64,000 nucleotides of DNA from an uncultured Planctomycetota bacterium (GTDB taxonomy: Bacteria > Planctomycetota > Planctomycetia > Isosphaerales > Isosphaeraceae), in contig CAWGMQ010000004.1 of the NCBI GenBank assembly GCA_963823665.1, positions 2,656,001-2,720,000 on the forward strand. Direction: 5' to 3'. The translations under genes were made by a program, and so were the position numbers. The stretch's first letter is position 1. Every line of letters begins with the position of its first letter. A model generated the notes under the pieces. It saw nothing but the letters and a program-made list of their open reading frames with translations, did not search any database and was not told the DNA's origin. Below, one piece after another: positions 41,481-48,984 of this stretch.

Positions 41481-42317
41481 TCAACACTTGTGCGGGTCTT
41501 CGCGGAATTGGGGCCAGCGGATCAGGGCGCTCAAGGATGGATCATGACGGGTTTCCAGGTCGCCGCCGTGATCGGCTGCCACACGCGCCAGGAGCAGAAG
41601 GGCCAGTGAGCCGGTGCAATCGCCGGGCGGGTACCCTCGCGGGGAGTCTGGGGGATCGCAGGCGGCGGATTCCGTGCAATCCGAGGTCTCCTCCCACGAA
41701 ATCTGGAACTGAGCTTCTGTCGTGCGCCACGACAAGCAGGGTTCGCGGGATTCACCGGAACACGCCCGCCACATGACGAACGCGTCCAAGCCGAGGCCGA
41801 GATGCGATGGATCAAAATCGCCGGCCAGATCGGTTTCTGGCGGGTCGAGGCGAATCGTGTGGGCCCAGTTTGGATAAAGCGATCGCCACAGCCGCAACCG
41901 CTCGACAAACAACTGCCCCAACGGCGAGCGCACCAGCGTCAACGGTGCCGAATGATAGATCCGGTCGAGCCGGTCGAACAGCTTTTCAATTTCGTTGTAA
42001 GAACGCCCAAGATCGCTCCAGCGGCAACTCGACGTGTCCGGGAGGTCCTTCCTCAAGAGGTAGAGGCCCAGCTTGATTCCGCTCAGCGAATTCCGGCAGC
42101 GATGACTGAACTTGCGCAACATTCGAGAGCCGGGATCGACATCCAACGGAGAGTCGGAGCGGTGCGGCGACCAGTCCGCCGAGAAATGCCCTTCTTCAAC
42201 CCGATCTCCTCGCGGCTGCGACTTCATGAAGATAACACCCGTCTCTTGTGCGCTACTGCAAAGCCCGTCTGGATGCATCGCGTATCTATCGCAAGGACTC
42301 GAGTCGGCGGCGTGCAA
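41481..42317 (-). CDS. Histidine-kinase-like protein with H-box and degenerate ATPase domain
   Basis: H-box-like FSHRCRNSLSGI; C-terminal LALLLLARVAADHGG..; no clear N or G boxes; start uncertain. Confidence 0.55.
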   Translation of the reverse strand: MHAADSSPCDRYAMHPDGLCSSAQETGVIFMKSQPRGDRVEEGHFSADWSPHRSDSPLDVDPGSRMLRKFSHRCRNSLSGIKLGLYLLRKDLPDTSSCRWSDLGRSYNEIEKLFDRLDRIYHSAPLTLVRSPLGQLFVERLRLWRSLYPNWAHTIRLDPPETDLAGDFDPSHLGLGLDAFVMWRACSGESREPCLSWRTTEAQFQISWEETSDCTESAACDPPDSPRGYPPGDCTGSLALLLLARVAADHGGDLETRHDPSLSALIRWPQFREDPHKC

Positions 42318-42492
42318 CGATGCGGGCGAAGCTTGAGCTGGCGATCCATCGTGTGAAGCTGCGTAAACTATTCGGGAACAAGATAGTCAAGTTCGGCTCG
42401 CACAGCCAGTCGATTTCTACCACCTGATCGGAAACGTCAACTCAGTTTCCCTTGACGCGTGAGTCTGCCGGGTGGGCTCCTGGCTGGACTGG

Positions 42493-43476
42493 TCACAGGC
42501 TGAGCACGATTTTGCCGAACACGTCGTTCGACTCGAGGCGAGCGAGGGCAGGGCGTACCTGGTCGAATGGAAAAACGGAATCAACGATAGGGCGAACGAG
42601 CCGCCGGTCAAGCCATGGGACAACCTGGGACGCAAATCGTTGGGTGGCGGCGATTTTCTCGTCGAGCGGGCGTGCGCGGAGGGTCGTGCCCACGATGGTC
42701 AACCGCTTGCGCAGCATCAGGTTCAAGTCGAGCGGAGCCTGGCTGCCACCGAGCAAGCCAACCAGGACGAGACGACCTTTGGGTGCGATTGCGGCCAGGT
42801 TGCGCTCGAGTGCGTTGCCACCCACCAGGTCAATTATCACGTCAACACCTCTACCAGCCGTCGAAGCTTGGACGGCTTCCGCAAAATCCTGCCGGGAGGT
42901 GTCGATTCCATGATCCAATCCCAGCGCCTTGGTCTGCTCAAGTTTGCTGGCTGTCCGCGAGGTGCCCCAGACTTCGCATCCCATCGCATGGGCGAGCTGG
43001 ACTGCGGCCGTGCCGACGCCGCTGCCAACCGCGTGGATCAGGATACGCTCGCCGGGCGATGTGCGGGCCTGCGTGATGAGCGCGTCGTGCGCGGTGATGA
43101 AGGCTTCGGGGACAGCAGCGGCGCTGGCGAAATCGAGGTTGTCCGGGACGGGGGCAGTGAGGCGCTCGTGGGTGATCACAAACTCAGCCTGGCCACCACC
43201 GCCGACGATGCCGAAAACGCGGTCGCCGGGTTTGATGGGAGTGACGACATCAGGGCCGAGGGCCTCGACTTCGCCGGCAAATTCGAGACCTGGAATGTCG
43301 GCAGGCGAGCCGGGCGGGGCGGGGTACACTCCCTTGCATTGAAGCAAGTCAGCCCGGTTCAACCCGCAGGCGCGAACGCGAATGCGAACCTGGTCGCCCC
43401 GCGGCTCGGGTGTGGCGAGCTCACGAACTTCCAGAACTTCCGGGCCGCCTTTGGCGGTGATGACGATGGCTCTCAT
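42493..43476 (-). CDS. NAD(P)H:quinone oxidoreductase (PIG3/MDR family)
   Basis: Motifs MRAIVIT..GGPEVL, GLNRADLLQ, IPGLEFAGEV, HAVGSGVG and FGKIVL. Confidence 0.92.
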   Translation of the reverse strand: MRAIVITAKGGPEVLEVRELATPEPRGDQVRIRVRACGLNRADLLQCKGVYPAPPGSPADIPGLEFAGEVEALGPDVVTPIKPGDRVFGIVGGGGQAEFVITHERLTAPVPDNLDFASAAAVPEAFITAHDALITQARTSPGERILIHAVGSGVGTAAVQLAHAMGCEVWGTSRTASKLEQTKALGLDHGIDTSRQDFAEAVQASTAGRGVDVIIDLVGGNALERNLAAIAPKGRLVLVGLLGGSQAPLDLNLMLRKRLTIVGTTLRARPLDEKIAATQRFASQVVPWLDRRLVRPIVDSVFPFDQVRPALARLESNDVFGKIVLSL

Positions 43477-43538
43477 GGTTGGTTGCCTTGGGGATCGTCG
43501 AAGTATTCGGGTCGGTAACGATCGATGAACGTGATGAT

Positions 43539-43943
43539 TCAGTGTCGCGGTCGTCCGAAGGCGTGCGAAAGGGCTTTTGTTATTTCGATGATCAGACGAA
43601 GTATGAGGCTCAGTACCAAACCCACGATGAATCCTACGGCGGCGGCCTCGAACGCGTTGGATGCCAGTGTGGTGATCGCCTCGACGAGCGACGAAGCACG
43701 AGGCGCGGCATACCATAAGCCCCATCCGATGCTCAGCAACGCGGAAAATGCCGATTCGGAAAATGCGCCACCGAAGATATCCAAGCCGCCGTTAGCGCGG
43801 CTGATGAGGAAACCGGGGAGGAAAAGCATGAAATATGCGAGGAGTAAACCGACAGGTGATCGCAGCAAGGCGAAACAAAGGGCACACAAGGCGACGATGG
43901 CGACCAGCCGCCGGATCGTGAACTGAAAGCGTGGAAGTCGCAT
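43539..43943 (-). CDS. Small membrane protein with planctomycete-type 'RFQFTIRRL' N-terminus
   Basis: MRLPRFQFTIRRLVAIVALCA followed by hydrophobic helices. Confidence 0.6.
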   Translation of the reverse strand: MRLPRFQFTIRRLVAIVALCALCFALLRSPVGLLLAYFMLFLPGFLISRANGGLDIFGGAFSESAFSALLSIGWGLWYAAPRASSLVEAITTLASNAFEAAAVGFIVGLVLSLILRLIIEITKALSHAFGRPRH

Positions 43944-44030
43944 ACCCAATACTACAATCCCGCGTTTCGACTTGAGAACGTACAATGTAGCGACGCGAAT
44001 CGAGAGACTTCATCTGTGTCTGACTGATCG

Positions 44031-44876
44031 ATGATGAGCTCGGACAAACTCAACATGATGAACGGCGGCAACGGTCTGGTGTGCCCTGCGCTGCGCGAAT
44101 GGACGCCTGGCGGCCCAGTCTCCGGACTGGACGGGGATGAGATCGGTGTGTGGGTGGTGGAGCTGGACGCTGGGCTCGAGAGCCAGGCGGAGATTGACGG
44201 GGCAGAGCCGGGCCGTGAGCTTAAGGTGCTCGATGCGGAGGAGCGGGCGCGAGCGGCACGGTTTGTGCGGGCGCGGGACCGCAGGCGGTTTGCTCGTTGC
44301 CGATCGGCGTTGCGCGAGATACTGGGCGGCCTGGTTTGTGAGCAGCCGGAGGCGCTGCGGTTCCGAGCTGTGGCGCGGGGCAAACCCGAGCTGGATTTCC
44401 CCAACATCGACGGGAGAGAGCCGCCTGTTCGATTCAACGTCTCTCATTCATCCGAGCTCGCGGTGATTGCGGTCTGTCGCAGCCGGGAGCTGGGGGTTGA
44501 CGTTGAGCAGGTCAGGGCTATCGGCGAAGCCGAGCGGATCGTGGAATCCTTTTTCTCAGCGAACGAGCTGGCTGAGTTCGGCAGGATTGGCCCCGAGAAG
44601 AAAGCGATGGCGTTCCTCCGGGGGTGGACGCGCAAAGAGGCAATCCTTAAAGGGTTAGGCGTCGGAATCGCGGGACTGGCGGACCGTCATGAGACGGGAT
44701 TCGGGACTGGTGAGGTCACGGCTCGATTCTCTCCGGCGCTGCCGAACTGGCGCGTTGGGGCGTGGCAGCTCTGGGAGGCGTCTCCGCGCAGTGGCTTCGT
44801 GGCAACCGTTGCGTGCCGGGTGGATGCGATGGATGGCGATGCTGCAAGGACTGGGGGGCCGAATTCATGTGGTTAG
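44031..44876 (+). CDS. Sfp-type 4'-phosphopantetheinyl transferase
   Basis: Motifs GKPEL, FNVSHS, LGVDVE and WTRKEAILKG. Confidence 0.92.
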   Translation: MMSSDKLNMMNGGNGLVCPALREWTPGGPVSGLDGDEIGVWVVELDAGLESQAEIDGAEPGRELKVLDAEERARAARFVRARDRRRFARCRSALREILGGLVCEQPEALRFRAVARGKPELDFPNIDGREPPVRFNVSHSSELAVIAVCRSRELGVDVEQVRAIGEAERIVESFFSANELAEFGRIGPEKKAMAFLRGWTRKEAILKGLGVGIAGLADRHETGFGTGEVTARFSPALPNWRVGAWQLWEASPRSGFVATVACRVDAMDGDAARTGGPNSCG

Positions 44877-45703
44877 TGTTCCTCGGTCTTTGCGTCCTGG
44901 CGATTTATGTCGTCATCCGCCTGATGACCAATCTGAGCGCGTGGATCACGGGTGCGCGGTATCGGGCGTACCGGCAGGTTGCGGCGCGGTATCGGGGGCG
45001 TTACGAGACGCGAGGGCTCTCCGACCCGCCAACGGTCAGTTTCACGCACAACGGCGCGACGGTGAGGGTGGGCCTGGCGCCGACGATTCAGGGCCAACCG
45101 GGCCAGATTCCACGCACTCGCGTAGTCGCGCGGTTTGGCCAGGGAATTCCGTTCCGCATGGAGCTGGCGCCGGTGGCGCGACCGGCACCGCCGCAGTCGC
45201 CGCGGGCGACCCGGCCCGTGACGACGGGTGACCGGGAATTCGACAACGGGTACGTGGTCCGGGCCAACGACGTGGAGATGTCTCGCGACTTCCTGAACTC
45301 AACGATTCGCTCCACGGTGGCCGGTTTACAGCAGTTGGTTCATCGTGGTGGGATGCTGATCTCGATCAATCCAGAGCGGATGCTCGTGCAGGTGGACCGC
45401 AATCTAGGGACGAGCACGGAGCATCTTGCGTGGGTGGTCGAGCAAGCCCTGGTGCTGCACGACCGCCTGATTGAATCGGTGACGCGGCGAATGGGCGAAG
45501 GGGTGGACATCGTCGAGGAAGCCGAATCGTGGCCGGAGGATCAGGGTACGCCCACGTGCAAGGTTTGCGGCGACCCGATTGACGAAAGTGAGATCATCGT
45601 GTGTGCATCGTGTAACACTCCGCACCATCGTAACTGCTGGGAGTACAACGGTAATGCTTGCTCGATCTATGGGTGCAACGGCAAGGTCGGTGTCAGGGAG
45701 TGA
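44867..45703 (+). CDS. Membrane-anchored prokaryotic RING-finger protein (candidate E3)
   Basis: N-terminal TM MWLVFLGLCVLAIYVVI; C-terminal CKVC-x11-CASC-x3-HHRNCWEY-x4-CSIYGC (Prok-RING_1-like C4HC3). Confidence 0.75.
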   Translation: MWLVFLGLCVLAIYVVIRLMTNLSAWITGARYRAYRQVAARYRGRYETRGLSDPPTVSFTHNGATVRVGLAPTIQGQPGQIPRTRVVARFGQGIPFRMELAPVARPAPPQSPRATRPVTTGDREFDNGYVVRANDVEMSRDFLNSTIRSTVAGLQQLVHRGGMLISINPERMLVQVDRNLGTSTEHLAWVVEQALVLHDRLIESVTRRMGEGVDIVEEAESWPEDQGTPTCKVCGDPIDESEIIVCASCNTPHHRNCWEYNGNACSIYGCNGKVGVRE

Positions 45704-45738
45704 TTCTTTTGCAGCTTGAACCTATCAGGGAGCCCGAC

Positions 45739-46156
45739 ATGTCGAAAATGCGAGGAGCCCGGTGGCTGGCACCGGGTTTAGTTCTATTCGGTCTGCTGGT
45801 GGCCGGGGCGCCTTCGGCCGAGCCTTCGAAGGCCGAGGAGCGTCGGGAAAGCTCGACTTGAGGCGGCCAAAAAACAGTACGACGAAACCTGGGCGTACTA
45901 TCAGCAAGCCCGCATAGATTCCTATCAGGTTTATGTGTGGTCGCGCATCATGCTCGATTGCCGGCGGGAAATGGCGCCGAAGGCCGCCGACAGGCTGGTT
46001 GCGCTCGAGGAGCACCTGGCGCGGATGAAGAAGTTGGAGTCGCTGATTTCGCGGGTGCGCCGTCTGGGGTTTGGTCGTTCCTACGACGTAGGTGCTGCGG
46101 AATACTACCGATTGGAGGCAGAGCACTGGCTGGAGCTGGAACGTGCGCGTAAGTGA
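45739..46156 (+). CDS. Exported helical hypothetical protein (frameshift near 45845)
   Basis: Signal peptide MSKMRGARWLAPGLVLFGLLVAGA in one frame; helical domain RLEAAKKQYDETW...EAEHWLELERARK in another. Confidence 0.55.
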
Positions 46157-46325
46157 ACCGAGCAAAATCGGCGATAAGGAGTTTCGAGTTGGCGCGAAGA
46201 GCGTTATCCTGGTGGAAGGATCGCCGGACGGGTGATCTGGAGGCGAGCTGGGCTACTGAAAAGGCCGGGCTCTTCTCAATATTCAGCGGTGGCGGCCGAA
46301 GAGATGCTGAGGAGGTATACTGACC

Positions 46326-46628
46326 ATGTCATACGGCGGAACAGCCGATCCCAGCGGAATCCAGGTGACATTCCTGGACCAGACCGGCGCGAAGTCGGTC
46401 AAAGCGGTCATCGCCTTCAGCGTGCCCGTCAGCCGGATCATCCCCAATATCATTACCAAGATGAGTTTGCCCGCGACCAGTCCTGACGGGCAGCCGATGA
46501 GCTACTCCCTTGACCATAAAGAGGGTGGCCGGCGACTGCTTGAGAACTGGACGCTGGTTGAGGGGGGGGTCCAGAACGGCGACCACCTGATTGTGTATCC
46601 CGAGGTTGTAGCAGGACGGATTTGTTGA
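46326..46628 (+). CDS. Ubiquitin-like beta-grasp protein (EsaB/YukD-like) with C-terminal VVAG-RIC
   Basis: Strong GAGGAGG RBS; 'LLENWTLVEGGVQNGDHLIV' matches the ubiquitin-fold pattern L.E..TL...GV..GD.L.V; Gly97 is followed by a 3-aa tail. Confidence 0.85.
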   Translation: MSYGGTADPSGIQVTFLDQTGAKSVKAVIAFSVPVSRIIPNIITKMSLPATSPDGQPMSYSLDHKEGGRRLLENWTLVEGGVQNGDHLIVYPEVVAGRIC

Positions 46629-46752
46629 GGCCCAGCGTGGGTGCCGCGATTAGCTCGCGGCGCGCAGCAATGGTGCACGACAACTCTCGGCCCGCGCTCG
46701 ACTTCGATGCACCGGGAGGCCTCCGCAGGGGCCGAGGGGCGATCGCACGACC

Positions 46753-47610
46753 ATGTATCAATCTCCTCGCATGCGCCGCCTGCGAAACGATTTGGCGGCG
46801 CTAGAACGACTTCAATCGGAAAGCAGTGTCTTTCGCTTCAAAGCCCACGGCAAGCCGGCGCATCATTTCCTTATCCATTTAGTGGGTAAGAGTTTATACC
46901 GTTTGCGCGGCCAGGTGATGGCGCACGACGACCATCGCGTCGAGATCAAGCTCGGTGCGTCGTATCCGCGCACGATCCCGGAAATCCGCTGGATCACGCC
47001 GATCTATCACCCGAACATCTCCGAGATCGGGATGGTTTGCCTGGGTGGGTATGGAACGCACTGGGTGCCGAGCGTGCAGCTCGACGAGCTGTGCAACATG
47101 CTGTGGGACATGGCGCGGTATCACAACTACGACATCCGAAGCCCTTATAACCGAGATGCAGCGCTCTGGGTTGCGAGCCAGACGAAATTCCTGTTCCCGA
47201 CTGATCCACGACCGCTGCGAGACCTTCGGGCCGCGCTGGGCCGGGTCGAGCCAGCGATGGACGCGGCATCGGGGCCCAAGCATGCGGGGGGGGACGATCA
47301 CACGAACGGCTCGTCGAATTCGACTGCGAGTGATCCGGAGGGCGGCGAAACCACGCCGACTCGGGTTCGCCAGTTCATGAATCGCTATGGCGGCATTTTC
47401 GCCAAGAGTCCAGGCCGGCGGGGCGGTGATCAAGGCGAGCGGGCCGATGATCGAGACGAGATCACCAGGCCTGCTGCAGCGGGTTCGGCGCCGATCGCGA
47501 GCGCTGCGGCCGTGCCGCAGCGAGATGACGAAGAGATCATTCTTCTCGAGTCGGCCAGTGCGGCCGATCACAGGCGTGAGGGTGTCGACGGGATCACGTT
47601 CATCGAGTAA
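46753..47610 (+). CDS. Ubiquitin-conjugating enzyme E2 (UBC fold) with disordered acidic tail
   Basis: Helix 1 RRLRNDL; YPRTIPEIRWITPIYHPNISEIGMVCL (HPN 86-88, Cys96); SPYNRDAA. Confidence 0.9.
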   Translation: MYQSPRMRRLRNDLAALERLQSESSVFRFKAHGKPAHHFLIHLVGKSLYRLRGQVMAHDDHRVEIKLGASYPRTIPEIRWITPIYHPNISEIGMVCLGGYGTHWVPSVQLDELCNMLWDMARYHNYDIRSPYNRDAALWVASQTKFLFPTDPRPLRDLRAALGRVEPAMDAASGPKHAGGDDHTNGSSNSTASDPEGGETTPTRVRQFMNRYGGIFAKSPGRRGGDQGERADDRDEITRPAAAGSAPIASAAAVPQRDDEEIILLESASAADHRREGVDGITFIE

Positions 47611-47721
47611 CGTGAGACGCCGTGCGCCGTTGTGGGTGGATGCGATTGCGGAATTTCGCGCCGGTCACTCGCGCGACGGGGGACGGCCGGTGAATTCAAC
47701 GGGCCGCGGCGAGGAGTCGTG

Positions 47722-48984
47722 ATGGCGGACGAGCGACCCATGGAATCAACCGGTCAAGCTCCGGCTCCCGGGGCGACCGGCGCCGGGCAGGGAGCGGAAG
47801 GCAATGCCCTTGCCAGTCCCATGGTCATCGACGACCAGGACCGGTACAGCAGCCTTCGATTGATCTCGTGGTGGCGGCAGGATCGGCTGCGCTCGGCGAG
47901 CGTGCTCGTCGTCGGCGCCGGGGCTCTGGGCAATGAGGTCATGAAGAACCTGGCTCTGCTCGGATTGGGGACGATCTACCTGGTCGACTTCGATACGATT
48001 GAAGCCTCAAATCTTTCGCGATCGGTTTTATTTCGCGATTCGGACGCCGGGCGCCCCAAGGCGATGGTGGCCGCACAGCGGGCGCGCGAGCTCAATCCGG
48101 AGGTGACGATCATACCGATTCACGGTGACGTCATCGTGGACATCGGACTGGGGCTCTTTCACGACGTTGATCTGGTGATCGGCTGCCTCGACAACCGGGA
48201 AGCCCGGCTGTGGGTGAATCGCCAGTGCTGGAAAACGGGCACGCCGTGGATCGATGCGGGCATTCAGGAGATTCAAGGGGTGGTCAAGGTTTTCGTCCCG
48301 CCGGATTCGTCATGCTACGAGTGCGCGATGACCGAGCGCGATTATCAGCTTCTCAACCGCCGGTATAGCTGCCCACTACTCTCACGCGATGAGATCCTCT
48401 CGGGCAAAGTGCCGACGGCCCCGACGATCGCTTCGATGATGGCGGCGCTTCAAGTACAGGAAGCGCTCAAGCTCTTGCACGGCATGCCGGTCGCTGCGGG
48501 ATCGGCTCTTGTGTACAACGGAGTAGCGAACCAGTTCTATTCCACGCGGTTACCGTTCCGGGACGACTGCTTGAGCCACGAGACCTACCCGGCGGCGGTT
48601 GAGCTTCCGCTGGGTCAGAAGCAGACGGTGCGGGAGCTTTTCGAGGCAGTGGGGCCACGTCTTGATGGCCGGCTGCACCTGGTGCTCGAGCGGGAGCTGG
48701 TTGTGGCGATCGAATGCCCGCGATGCGATTGGCGCAGGGAGGTGATGCGGCCGCGGGTGAAGGTGAAGTCATCGGAAGCCGAGTGCCCGAGCTGCCGGGA
48801 ACCAGCACGGCCAACGTTCGAGAGCGGCATCGAGGCGGATTCACCGCTTGTTGCTTGCTCGCTTTCGCGAGTTGGAATTCCACCTTACGATATCGTGAGG
48901 GTGGACGGGGAAAGCGAGTCGGGATTCTTCCTGCTGGCCGCTGATCGGGAAGACGGCAAGACGGGCTGGGGGTCAGGCGGTTGA
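47722..48984 (+). CDS. E1-like ubiquitin-activating enzyme (ThiF/MoeB/UBA family)
   Basis: GAGGAG RBS; motifs VVGAGALGNEVMKNLALLG, DFD, SNLSR, CLDNREAR, CYEC and YSC217; extra C-terminal CPRC/CPSC. Confidence 0.92.
   Translation: MADERPMESTGQAPAPGATGAGQGAEGNALASPMVIDDQDRYSSLRLISWWRQDRLRSASVLVVGAGALGNEVMKNLALLGLGTIYLVDFDTIEASNLSRSVLFRDSDAGRPKAMVAAQRARELNPEVTIIPIHGDVIVDIGLGLFHDVDLVIGCLDNREARLWVNRQCWKTGTPWIDAGIQEIQGVVKVFVPPDSSCYECAMTERDYQLLNRRYSCPLLSRDEILSGKVPTAPTIASMMAALQVQEALKLLHGMPVAAGSALVYNGVANQFYSTRLPFRDDCLSHETYPAAVELPLGQKQTVRELFEAVGPRLDGRLHLVLERELVVAIECPRCDWRREVMRPRVKVKSSEAECPSCREPARPTFESGIEADSPLVACSLSRVGIPPYDIVRVDGESESGFFLLAADREDGKTGWGSGG

Noticed and set aside
42472..43518. Long antisense or alternate-frame ORFs (also 20535-21497, 29880-30833, 30613-31551, 52898-53920)
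   Set aside because: Shadow ORFs expected opposite real genes in high-GC DNA; no recognisable motifs.
46617..46628. Ubl tail as a CaaX substrate for the downstream Ste24-like protease
   Set aside because: The Cys is the last residue rather than fourth from the end, and no prenyltransferase is present.
47722..48984. E1 as an ordinary MoeB/ThiF for cofactor or sulfur metabolism
   Set aside because: No thi, moa or cys genes or rhodanese domain nearby. It is flanked by an E2 with catalytic Cys and a JAB, and the Ubl is not ThiS/MoaD-like.
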